A stretch of DNA of 27,048 bases from a virus. Its lineage: Duplodnaviria; Caudoviricetes. Below are positions 7,297-15,193 of the stretch, in pieces. The position numbers and the translations under genes were made by a program. The DNA is taken from positions 1 through 27,048 of IMG/VR virus record IMGVR_UViG_3300007346_000179; one strand, written 5' to 3'. Numbering within the stretch: position 1 is the stretch's first letter; the number at the start of each line of letters is the position of its first letter. The notes below the pieces were generated by a model that did not search any database, was not told the DNA's origin, and saw only the letters and a program-made list of their open reading frames with translations.

Positions 7297-7479
7297 ATGT
7301 ATAGATTATCAAAGTACAAGCAAAATTTATCAATTCAAGGAAATCAGGTATGGAGTTACACAACTCACGTTGCAACCATAGCAGAGGGTAAATTATATCA
7401 ATTAGGATATTGGTCACAGACTACACAGAAACATATTAATTATGTAGCTAATGAATTAGATTTAACTTTAATTAAATGA
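7297..7479 (+). CDS. Small early hypothetical protein
   Basis: 60 aa with WSYTTHVA...WSQTTQKHINY; AACAGAACAG immediately upstream. Confidence 0.75.
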   Translation: MYRLSKYKQNLSIQGNQVWSYTTHVATIAEGKLYQLGYWSQTTQKHINYVANELDLTLIK

Positions 7480-7640
7480 AAGTAAATGAAGCACTATGGG
7501 ATGAGGTTAGAAAATCAATCGAATCCCATACAGAAAAAGACCAATCTATAACTGATATTACAATTAAGTTTAGGATAATAGAAAAATCAGATTTAAGAAA
7601 TTACTTACAAATAAATTTATCACAATATGAAAAAAAGTAA
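7476..7640 (+). CDS. Hypothetical protein, 54 aa (not in ORF track)
   Basis: MKVNEALWDEVRKSIESHTEKDQSITDITIKFRIIEKSDLRNYLQINLSQYEKK; ATGA overlap. Confidence 0.7.
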   Translation: MKVNEALWDEVRKSIESHTEKDQSITDITIKFRIIEKSDLRNYLQINLSQYEKK

Positions 7641-7845
7641 AACTACATACATACACGAAACAGAACACCTTTATTGTCAAGACGGAGAATTACATATTGG
7701 ATATGGAAAAGATAATTGGGTTGTTTTTAATGTAGAGCATTTATTTAAAGACTTAGGTTTTATAGTAGATCAGGTTGTAAAGGAAAATAAAAAAATGCAG
7801 GATATGCATTTAAGTTCAATTAAAGATTCATTAAAAGAATTATGA
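7627..7845 (+). CDS. Hypothetical protein
   Basis: 72-aa ORF in a tightly coupled string. Confidence 0.7.
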   Translation: MKKSKTTYIHETEHLYCQDGELHIGYGKDNWVVFNVEHLFKDLGFIVDQVVKENKKMQDMHLSSIKDSLKEL

Positions 7846-8045
7846 AGCAGAAAAAAACAACTATAAATATTGGGGATTTAGCTAGGCATTGTATGAAGTC
7901 AATAGCAGAATTTCCTATGTTAGAAAGACAAATAAGGTATATTTACATAAATGCTTTAGAAGATATTGAAAATGGAGAAATAGAAGATAACACTTGTCAA
8001 AATGCGATAATGTATATTGATGGAGCAATACAGGATATATTATGA
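7842..8045 (+). CDS. Hypothetical protein
   Basis: 67-aa ORF with ATGA overlaps at both ends. Confidence 0.7.
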   Translation: MKQKKTTINIGDLARHCMKSIAEFPMLERQIRYIYINALEDIENGEIEDNTCQNAIMYIDGAIQDIL

Positions 8046-8755
8046 TATTATTAGTAGATGCAGATAGTTTAATATTTGCAAGTTGTTATAGGAAGCGAGA
8101 ACATCCTGAGGATGAAAAGTATTATACAGACATAGCTGATGCTAGAAATAAGTTTGATCAGCAATATATGGCTATTGTAAACAAGCTAGAAGATATGTAT
8201 AATATAGATAAAGTAATTACATTTAGTGGATCTAGAGGAAACTTTAGGAAACTAATTACAGGCAAGTATAAAGCTAATAGGAAAAAGCAAGAATTACCAC
8301 CATTATTACACGAAATGCACGATTTTGTAAAACAACAATACGATAGTGTTGTAGGTTACGGAGTAGAGACAGATGATATGGTTGCTAGGTATTGGAAAAA
8401 GTTATCTGAAGAATTAGGAAGAAATGAAGTTATGATTGTATCAATAGATAAAGATTATAAGCAGTTTCCGTGCCTGATGTATAATTATCATTATAAGCAC
8501 CAAGAAATACTTGACATATCAGAAGATCAAGCTATGTATAATTTTTATGAGCAGATGATTGCAGGAGATACTGCAGACAATGTAAATTACTTTAAGGGAA
8601 AAGGTAAAAGGTTTGCAGAAAAGTATTATGCAGATTGCCAAACTAAATACCAATATACTAGAAAGCTATACGAATTATTTAAACAAGAATATAAGGGTAA
8701 AGCAAGGCAGAAATATGCTGAATGCTATCACCTTTTAAAACTAAGAACTGAATGA
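8042..8755 (+). CDS. 5'-3' exonuclease/flap endonuclease (T7 gp6/FEN-like)
   Basis: LLVDAD, YKANR, ETDD, SIDKD, GDTADN..KGKG motifs. Confidence 0.85.
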   Translation: MILLVDADSLIFASCYRKREHPEDEKYYTDIADARNKFDQQYMAIVNKLEDMYNIDKVITFSGSRGNFRKLITGKYKANRKKQELPPLLHEMHDFVKQQYDSVVGYGVETDDMVARYWKKLSEELGRNEVMIVSIDKDYKQFPCLMYNYHYKHQEILDISEDQAMYNFYEQMIAGDTADNVNYFKGKGKRFAEKYYADCQTKYQYTRKLYELFKQEYKGKARQKYAECYHLLKLRTE

Positions 8756-8952
8756 AAGCAACACAAGTACATTACGATAACGGAAAAGATTATGATGTTA
8801 TAGATGTCATAAATGATTACGGATTAAATTTTAGCAGAGGAAACGTATTAAAGTATGTTATTAGAGCAGGAAAAAAGAAAGACGAATTAGGAGATCTATT
8901 AAAAGCAAAAGATTATTTAGAACGAGAAATAAAAATTTTAAGAAATGAATAA
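8752..8952 (+). CDS. DUF3310/SaV-like protein
   Basis: HY...DVID...F.RGNVLKYVIRAGKK...DLLKA.DYL pattern. Confidence 0.8.
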   Translation: MKATQVHYDNGKDYDVIDVINDYGLNFSRGNVLKYVIRAGKKKDELGDLLKAKDYLEREIKILRNE

Positions 8953-9520
8953 AGATTATTTAAAAATATCAGAACGTATTATTGAAATGACAGGAGTAGA
9001 TATATTTCAAAATACTAGGAAGCGAGAATATGTAGAATTAAGGGCGTTGGCTTGTTATATCTTTAGAAAGAAAATGAATATGAGATGGACAAGTATTGCT
9101 AACTTTTTTACCTCAATGGGAAAGAAAACAGATCACGCATCAGTTATACATTTAGTAAAGATGTATCCAATTTACAAGAAAAGTAACGAAGACCTTTTTG
9201 AATTAGAATCCTGCTTTCAATTTAAAAGTAAATTAAACTATGATGAAATAGACCAAGTCCATTTTTTACAGAATGAGTATAGGAAAGTTAAAAAAGAAAA
9301 TCTACATCTTCAGGAAGAAATTAAAGAAATAAAATTAAATTCTAAAAATTATAGTTTTGATGATCAAAAAATATTAATGTTATTTGAGGGTTTACCTAAA
9401 AATAGAATAGATGAAATTATAGAAAGAATTAGTTTATTGAAAAAATCTTGGTCTTGGAAAAGTAAAGACAAGTGCCAAGTAATAGAAAGCAGTACATCAA
9501 TGGAAGGTATGAGCTGGTAA
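8945..9520 (+). CDS. DnaA C-terminal-like HTH protein with coiled coil
   Basis: TRKREYVELRALACY...SIANFF...DHASVIH resembles DnaA domain IV (R..AMYL...IG..F..RDHTTV.H). Confidence 0.7.
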   Translation: MNKDYLKISERIIEMTGVDIFQNTRKREYVELRALACYIFRKKMNMRWTSIANFFTSMGKKTDHASVIHLVKMYPIYKKSNEDLFELESCFQFKSKLNYDEIDQVHFLQNEYRKVKKENLHLQEEIKEIKLNSKNYSFDDQKILMLFEGLPKNRIDEIIERISLLKKSWSWKSKDKCQVIESSTSMEGMSW

Positions 9521-9635
9521 CGAATTTGAATAAACGCAGTACTTACAAAAAAAATAATAGATATGATAAAAAAATATAAATACAGTAACTATACTAATGA
9601 TAAGCAATATGTATTGCGTTTATGCGGTGTTAGCA
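9515..9635 (+). mobile_element. attC-like hairpin site 1
   Basis: TGGTAAC (9515-9521, contains the upstream gene's stop), inverted arms ATAAACGCAGTAC (9530-9542) / GTATTGCGTTTAT (9611-9623), then GTTAGCA (9629-9635). Confidence 0.55.
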
Positions 9636-9796
9636 TTTGGGCAATAGCGTTAAGTAATGGACTTGGATGGATTCGATTATTTGGTAAAGGAATACATTGG
9701 AAAGACACGACTAAACATAGACTCTATTTTTCAGAAAGAAACGGATATAGGAAATCACTAAACATTGGTAAATGGAGACTATCCCTATTGCCTTGA
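9563..9796 (+). CDS. Cassette-associated hypothetical protein
   Basis: 77 aa; starts in the loop of hairpin 1 and stops 1 nt before hairpin 2. Confidence 0.6.
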   Translation: MIKKYKYSNYTNDKQYVLRLCGVSIWAIALSNGLGWIRLFGKGIHWKDTTKHRLYFSERNGYRKSLNIGKWRLSLLP

Positions 9797-9847
9797 TGCT
9801 AACAGTTGTACAAGGCACGTTTTAATGTGCTTTGTGCTTAGTTGTAA
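9797..9847 (+). mobile_element. attC-like hairpin site 2
   Basis: TGCTAAC (9797-9803), 13-bp stem 9808-9820 / 9825-9837 with 3 G-T pairs, then GTTGTAA (9841-9847). Confidence 0.55.
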
Positions 9848-9870
9848 AAAGTAATTTTAAAAACGTTATA
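9844..9870 (+). promoter_or_regulatory. Putative phage-sigma late promoter 1
   Basis: GTAAA-N15-CGTTATA upstream of the ATG at 9887. Confidence 0.65.
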
Positions 9871-9886
9871 CTACAAATTATATACT

Positions 9887-10045
9887 ATGGAGTTATTACG
9901 TTATGAAATTAAAGCAGGTTTTTTTAAGGGGATTTTGTTTGGAATCAGACATTATCCCTTTGAAGATAAAGAAATATACGAAGAAGATATTGTTGTTTAC
10001 TTTGGAATATTTCAATTAGTAATTACAAAAATATACAGAAAATAA
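9887..10045 (+). CDS. Hypothetical protein, 52 aa (not in ORF track)
   Basis: MELLRYEIKAGFFKGILFGIRHYPFEDKEIYEEDIVVYFGIFQLVITKIYRK; follows the late-promoter motif. Confidence 0.7.
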   Translation: MELLRYEIKAGFFKGILFGIRHYPFEDKEIYEEDIVVYFGIFQLVITKIYRK

Positions 10046-10076
10046 TTTTTTTGTACCTTAGAGAAAATTTAATACA

Positions 10077-10715
10077 ATGATAAAAGCTAAAATACAAAAG
10101 GTAAGCATATCATCTATAAAAGAAAATGATGCTAATCCTAGATTCATAAACAAACATAAGTTTCAGAAACTTGTTAATAGTGTAAAGGAATTTCCTGAGA
10201 TGTTATCACTTAGACCAATAGTTGTTGATAAGGATAATATTATACTAGGTGGAAATATGCGTTATAAGGCTTGTAAGGAGATAGGATTAAAAGAAGTCTA
10301 TATTATACAGGCAGATGATTTAGATGAGAAAAAAGCACAGGAATTTATAATTAAAGACAATGTAGGTTTCGGGGAATGGGATTGGGATGTTCTAGCTAAT
10401 GATTGGGATACTGATTTATTAGAAGATTGGGGTTTAGATTTAAATATTGATAATGCTATTGATGATCTAGAAGAAGATGATGATATTGAATTACCACAAT
10501 CTGTTCAATTAGAGCCACCAAAAGAATACATACTTATAATGGCAGAGCCAAATTCTGTTGATTGGGAAGAATTAAAGGAAACTTTAAAACTAAAAATGGT
10601 GCGTAGAGGTGGATATAAAAAAGGAAGTGGTTTTGATGCAGTTAGTTTAGAACGAGTATTATATTGGGATGAATTTAAAAAAAGATTAAAAGATGCTGAT
10701 AGCAGTACCAAGTAA
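10077..10715 (+). CDS. ParB/Srx N-terminal domain protein
   Basis: NPRFI...RPIVVD...ILGGNMRYKAC...IIKDN..GEWD, then an acidic linker and a small C-terminal domain. Confidence 0.85.
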   Translation: MIKAKIQKVSISSIKENDANPRFINKHKFQKLVNSVKEFPEMLSLRPIVVDKDNIILGGNMRYKACKEIGLKEVYIIQADDLDEKKAQEFIIKDNVGFGEWDWDVLANDWDTDLLEDWGLDLNIDNAIDDLEEDDDIELPQSVQLEPPKEYILIMAEPNSVDWEELKETLKLKMVRRGGYKKGSGFDAVSLERVLYWDEFKKRLKDADSSTK

Positions 10716-11409
10716 GGGTAGAGCAGGGCTTACCACAACAAATAAGATATTACCTAATTCTACTTTTTTTATTCCTGAAAGCGAATACCATCAGTATAAA
10801 GATTTAATAAAAAATATTGTTTGTGTGCCAAAAGAAGTGAGGGGTATTACAAATACTAGAAATTGGATATTAAAAAATACAGACGAAAAATGGGTGGTGA
10901 TGTTAGATGATGATGCTAAGAATGTTGGATATAATTTTCTAGATAAAAGAAATACTAAAAAAATAGAAGTAAGGGATGAAGGCTTTTGGATGGAAGAATT
11001 TTTAAAGTTTTTTGATCTAAGCGAACAAATGGGGTATAAAATTTGGGGAACAAGAACTGAAAGTTCACCTAGAGGAACATATCCTTATAAACCTATTTTA
11101 ACTAGAAGTTATGTTACTGCATCTTTGATGGGAATAATAAATGATGGGGAATATTACTTTGATGAAAATTTTCCTGTTAAAGAAGATTATGAAATTTGCT
11201 TAAGACATATAAAAGACAAAGGTGGAATTTTAGCTATAAGATATTTGCATTGGGAAAATGACCATTGGGGAAAAGATGGTGGATGTAAAGATTATAGAAC
11301 TATTCAGATGGAAAAAAAAGCTATTAAAGATTTGATTAAATTATACCCATCTATGATTTCAAATGTTAAAAGGAAAGCGAATGAGTTTACAATAAAATTA
11401 AATCTATAA
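10693..11409 (+). CDS. GT-A-fold glycosyltransferase (TET-associated/GREB1-like), putative DNA-modifying
   Basis: IAVPSKGRA, RNWIL, VMLDDD, KEDYEICLR, GGC motifs; overlaps the ParB gene. Confidence 0.7.
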   Translation: MLIAVPSKGRAGLTTTNKILPNSTFFIPESEYHQYKDLIKNIVCVPKEVRGITNTRNWILKNTDEKWVVMLDDDAKNVGYNFLDKRNTKKIEVRDEGFWMEEFLKFFDLSEQMGYKIWGTRTESSPRGTYPYKPILTRSYVTASLMGIINDGEYYFDENFPVKEDYEICLRHIKDKGGILAIRYLHWENDHWGKDGGCKDYRTIQMEKKAIKDLIKLYPSMISNVKRKANEFTIKLNL

Positions 11410-11759
11410 TGAACGAAAGTAGACATATTAAAAAAGAATCACTATTAGCAGCACTAGAGCAAAGTTTAGGGGTTGTTACAGTTGCTTGTAAGAAAGCAGA
11501 TATACCAAGAAGCACATATTACAAATGGCTAAAGGAAGATGAAATGTTTGCAATAGCAGTTCAGGAAATAGAAAATGTAGCTTTAGACTTTGCAGAAAGT
11601 CAATTACATAAACAGATAGCAGCAGATTCAACTGCAGCAACTATATTCTATTTAAAGACAAAAGGAAAGAAAAGGGGTTATGTAGAAAGACAAGAAATAA
11701 CAGGGGCAGACGGAATGCCATCACACTTTGAAATTGAAATAATTGAAAATAAAGACTAA
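11409..11759 (+). CDS. terS: Terminase small subunit
   Basis: HTH (VTVACKKADIPRSTYYKW), ATIFYLKTKGKKRGYVERQE; immediately upstream of TerL. Confidence 0.8.
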   Translation: MNESRHIKKESLLAALEQSLGVVTVACKKADIPRSTYYKWLKEDEMFAIAVQEIENVALDFAESQLHKQIAADSTAATIFYLKTKGKKRGYVERQEITGADGMPSHFEIEIIENKD

Positions 11760-12897
11760 CGTAGTTTTTAAACACCTTTTAAAGTCTGATAAAAAGATAT
11801 CAATAGAACAGGGTGGAACAAGGTCAGGAAAGACATATAACATCCTGCTTTATATTATATTTCATTATTCGTTAAAGAATACAGGAAAGACAATAACAAT
11901 ATGTAGAAAAACATTCCCATCAGTTAGAGCATCTGTAATGAGGGATTTTTTAGATATATTAAAAATACATAATTGCTACTTTGAAGCTAACCATAATAAA
12001 TCAAACCACGAATACAAGATAAATGGAAACCTAGTAGAATTTATTTCTTTAGATCAACCTCAAAAAGTTAGAGGTAGAAAAAGAAATTTACTATTTATAA
12101 ATGAAGCCAATGAATTAGACTATGAGGATTGGCAACAATTAATATTTAGAACAGATGAAAAAATAATTCTTGACTTTAATCCATCGGATGAATACCATTG
12201 GATTTATGACAAGGTAATACCAAGAAAAGATGCCGATTTTAACATTACTACTTATTTGGATAATAGCTTCCTTAGTGATAGCATTAAAGAAGAAATTGAA
12301 AGGCTAAAATATACTGACGAACAATATTGGCAAATCTACGGACTTGGTATAAAGGGAATCAGTAAATCAACTATATTTAGTTATGTAGAGGTTAATCAAA
12401 TTCCTGAAGATGCAGAATTTATCAGCTTTGGTGCAGATGCAGGATATACTAATGATCCTACAAGTTTAGTTTCTGTTTATAGAAAAGAATATGACCTTTA
12501 TGTTAAAGAACATTTGTATCAAACTCAAATGACTACAATAGATATCCATAAGAAGTGGAAAGAAGTAGGAATAGAAAGACAAACAATATACTTTGATTCA
12601 GCAGAGCCTAGATTGATTGAAGAACTACGTAGGATGGGTTGGAATGTACGACCAAGTTTAAAAGGTGCTGATAGTGTAAATGCAGGAATAGATCTATTAA
12701 AACGATTTAAAATACATATTCTAAAGGATAGCCATAATGCAATACAAGAATTTAGAAACTATAAATGGCAAGAAGATAGAAGTGGAAAAATGATTAATAA
12801 ACCTATTGATAAAAATAACCATATAATTGATGCTATCAGGTATGCTACTTATTCTGTAATTAGTAAGCCAAACTTTGGTAAATATGCAATTCATTAA
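11743..12897 (+). CDS. terL: Terminase large subunit (PBSX-like)
   Basis: GGTRSGKT Walker A, FINEANE Walker B, DFNP, GADAGYTNDPT, DSAEP, NHIIDAIRY nuclease motifs. Confidence 0.95.
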   Translation: MKIKTNVVFKHLLKSDKKISIEQGGTRSGKTYNILLYIIFHYSLKNTGKTITICRKTFPSVRASVMRDFLDILKIHNCYFEANHNKSNHEYKINGNLVEFISLDQPQKVRGRKRNLLFINEANELDYEDWQQLIFRTDEKIILDFNPSDEYHWIYDKVIPRKDADFNITTYLDNSFLSDSIKEEIERLKYTDEQYWQIYGLGIKGISKSTIFSYVEVNQIPEDAEFISFGADAGYTNDPTSLVSVYRKEYDLYVKEHLYQTQMTTIDIHKKWKEVGIERQTIYFDSAEPRLIEELRRMGWNVRPSLKGADSVNAGIDLLKRFKIHILKDSHNAIQEFRNYKWQEDRSGKMINKPIDKNNHIIDAIRYATYSVISKPNFGKYAIH

Positions 12898-12911
12898 AAT
12901 AAATAAAAAAA

Positions 12912-12983
12912 CTTATTAAATATTTTGTTAATTAAATAAATAATGTTATATTTGAATATTATTAATTATTAAAACAGAACAAG
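12912..12983 (+). promoter_or_regulatory. Host-sigma promoter plus conserved leader (copy 2)
   Basis: TTTG (12924-12927), N19, TATATTTG (12947-12954), exact consensus; 24-nt leader identical to 7079-7102. Confidence 0.8.
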
Positions 12984-13196
12984 ATGGAAACTTACTTAAA
13001 AAACATAAAAAATTCTTGGAAAATATACAAAGATGGTAGATGGGTTGGAAATATAGGTATTTATTATTTTATATTTACATACACTATAAAATATATAAAA
13101 AACAGACTATTGAAAAAATTACAGACATTAATATTGATTATAGCACCAAGCTATTTTATAGGAAGATTTTTAATAGGTATAATTTTTAACATTTAG
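12984..13196 (+). CDS. Small membrane protein (moron gene)
   Basis: 70 aa with two hydrophobic segments; has its own promoter. Confidence 0.55.
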   Translation: METYLKNIKNSWKIYKDGRWVGNIGIYYFIFTYTIKYIKNRLLKKLQTLILIIAPSYFIGRFLIGIIFNI

Positions 13197-13199
13197 ATT

Positions 13200-13325
13200 A
13201 TGGAATGGTATGATTATTTAAATCCACACGAACAGAAAGAATACGAATGTTCAGAATGTGGTAAGCCATTAGAAAAAGATGATGGCTATTGTTCAGGAAC
13301 TTGTTTTGAAGCTAGTATGTTATAG
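13200..13325 (+). CDS. Small zinc-finger protein, 41 aa (not in ORF track)
   Basis: MEWYDYLNPHEQKEYECSECGKPLEKDDGYCSGTCFEASML; CxxC-x10-CxxxC. Confidence 0.75.
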   Translation: MEWYDYLNPHEQKEYECSECGKPLEKDDGYCSGTCFEASML

Positions 13326-13371
13326 AATTAAAAATATATGATGTTGTTATTTAGGGATAACAATATCTGTT

Positions 13372-13403
13372 AAAGGGTAGTCAGAAATGGCTACCTTTTT
13401 TTT
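13372..13403 (+). terminator. Intrinsic terminator
   Basis: GGTAGTCA-GAAA-TGGCTACC followed by T8. Confidence 0.9.
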
Positions 13404-13418
13404 ATTACCTTTATTCAA

Positions 13419-13445
13419 ATAAAAAATTAAATTAAATACGTTATA
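13419..13445 (+). promoter_or_regulatory. Putative phage-sigma late promoter 2
   Basis: ATAAA-N15-CGTTATA, 5 nt before the ATG at 13451. Confidence 0.7.
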
Positions 13446-13450
13446 CAGAT

Positions 13451-14104
13451 ATGAAATTAAAATTAACAATACCTAGTGATCTATCAGAAATATCATTAAA
13501 GCAATATAATAAGTTTCTTAAAATACAAGAAAACAATGAAGATTCTTATTTCTTACAATGTAAAATGATTGAAATATTTTGCAATCTAGATCTAGAAAGT
13601 GTAAGACTTTTAAAACTAACTGATGCAGATAGGATTGTGAACATTTTAAATAAGATGTTTGAAAGTAAACCTCAACTAATAAGAACATTTAAATTATCAG
13701 GTATTGAATATGGTATAATACCTAATCTAGATGAAATATCTTTAGGTGAATATGTAGATCTAGATACTTATATGGGGGATTGGGAAAATATGCATATTGC
13801 TATGAATGTTCTTTATAGACCAATAAAAGAAAAAATAGGTGATAAGTACCTTATTAAAGAATATGATGTTGATGCAAAAGATAAGATAGAAGAAATCCCT
13901 ATGGATGTCGTTTTTGGTGCTATTTTTTTTTTGTACAATTTAGGGATAGACTTATCAAAGGTTATGATGGATTGTTTGGAGGATCATCAGATGGAAGGTT
14001 GGATGGATCAGCAAACTTCTCTAGAAAATATGGATGGTATCAAAGCATCTTCTCTGCACTCGCTCAAAACGATGTTAGACGACTTGAAGATATCACTAAA
14101 TTAA
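13451..14104 (+). CDS. Putative tail assembly chaperone (0-frame product)
   Basis: Head of the tail module; T10 slippery run at 13923-13932. Confidence 0.65.
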   Translation: MKLKLTIPSDLSEISLKQYNKFLKIQENNEDSYFLQCKMIEIFCNLDLESVRLLKLTDADRIVNILNKMFESKPQLIRTFKLSGIEYGIIPNLDEISLGEYVDLDTYMGDWENMHIAMNVLYRPIKEKIGDKYLIKEYDVDAKDKIEEIPMDVVFGAIFFLYNLGIDLSKVMMDCLEDHQMEGWMDQQTSLENMDGIKASSLHSLKTMLDDLKISLN

Positions 14105-14190
14105 ACGTACATAAATGCTTATATGCTTTAGAATATATGAAAGAAAAATCAGAGTTGGAAGCAAATCAAATTAAAAAGAATTTTAAATGA
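13924..14190 (+). CDS. -1 frameshift extension of the tail assembly chaperone
   Basis: The -1 frame is open from the T-run: FFFVQFRDRLIKGYDGLFGG...YGWYQSIF...; ends in an ATGA overlap with the next gene. Confidence 0.7.
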   Translation, partial: FFFVQFRDRLIKGYDGLFGGSSDGRLDGSANFSRKYGWYQSIFSALAQNDVRRLEDITKLNVHKCLYALEYMKEKSELEANQIKKNFK

Positions 14191-14657
14191 GCAATCAGGG
14201 AATAAGGGGTTTTTATCAATTAACGGAAACAATTAAAACGAATCTATTAGCAGACATAAATGTTAATACGGTTACTACAGGGGATATTACAGATATTAAT
14301 CTAGGGAAGCAGGATATGTTCCCATTATCTCACATTATAGTTAATAATGTAGTTGTGAATGAACAAACCTTAGATTTTAATATTAGTATTTTATCCTGTG
14401 ATATTGTCAATCAATCAAAGCTAGAAACAACAGATATATTTACAGGTAACAATGATGTTCAGAATATATTAAACACTCAACTAGCAGTGTTAAATAAGTT
14501 AATACAGAAGCTAAGAATGGGTAACCTGCATACTGATATGTATCAGTTAGATGGTAGCCCAAGTTTAGATCCTTTTTATGATAGATTTGAAAACCAATTA
14601 GCAGGATGGACTGCAACAATGAATATTAAGATTTATAATGATATTTATATTTGCTAA
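14187..14657 (+). CDS. Putative tail terminator/completion protein
   Basis: 156 aa, MFPLSHIIV...GWTATMNI pattern; position in the tail module. Confidence 0.55.
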   Translation: MSNQGIRGFYQLTETIKTNLLADINVNTVTTGDITDINLGKQDMFPLSHIIVNNVVVNEQTLDFNISILSCDIVNQSKLETTDIFTGNNDVQNILNTQLAVLNKLIQKLRMGNLHTDMYQLDGSPSLDPFYDRFENQLAGWTATMNIKIYNDIYIC

Positions 14658-15190
14658 TGGAGTTTAATCAAGTAAATAAAGAATTAAAAAAGTTTGGTGA
14701 TTATATTATTCAACAATCTAGGAGTAATTTAACTAAAGGGGGTAAAAATTATACCAATGAGTTATACAATTCTTTAGGTTATAATATAGAAGAATCAGGT
14801 GATGGTTTTATTATCGATTTTTTTATGGAAGATTATGGTGCTTTTCAAGATAGAGGGGTTAAGGGTGTAAAAAGTAATTATTTACAGAATAAGAATACAC
14901 CATTTTCTTATAAGCCAAGCAGTAATTTAAAAGGACTTGAATACAAAACAAAGATATTTTCTAAGTGGGCAAGATACAGGAAGTTACAACCTAGAGATAA
15001 AAAAGGAAGATTTGGAACGTATGAATCAATGGGTTATATCTTAGCCAATAGTATAAAAAATAAAGGTATAAAGGCTACTATGTTTTTTAGTAAACCATTT
15101 GAAGCTGCATTAGAAAGATTACCAATAGAATTAATAAACTCGTTTACGTTAGATGTTGAAAATTCAATATTATTAGCACAAAAAAATTAA
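14657..15190 (+). CDS. Putative neck/tail-completion protein (HK97 gp10-like)
   Basis: TAATG coupling favours the ATG at 14657; LYNSL...YGAFQDRG...GIKATMFFSKPF. Confidence 0.55.
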   Translation: MEFNQVNKELKKFGDYIIQQSRSNLTKGGKNYTNELYNSLGYNIEESGDGFIIDFFMEDYGAFQDRGVKGVKSNYLQNKNTPFSYKPSSNLKGLEYKTKIFSKWARYRKLQPRDKKGRFGTYESMGYILANSIKNKGIKATMFFSKPFEAALERLPIELINSFTLDVENSILLAQKN

Positions 15191-15193
15191 ACA

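Noticed and set aside
7079-7297. AACAGAAC repeats as a CRISPR array or iterons
   Set aside because: Too short and irregularly spaced, and positioned at start codons; no cas or Rep gene
10054-10061. TACCTTAG as a host -7 promoter before the ParB gene
   Set aside because: Mismatch to TAnnTTTG and no -33 element; too weak to call
10260-10266. CGTTATA inside the ParB gene
   Set aside because: No RYAAA at the 15-nt spacing; explained by the conserved GNMRY codons
13972-13974. Independent TTG start for the 72-aa ORF
   Set aside because: The frame is open back to the T10 slippery run; a frameshift is the simpler explanation
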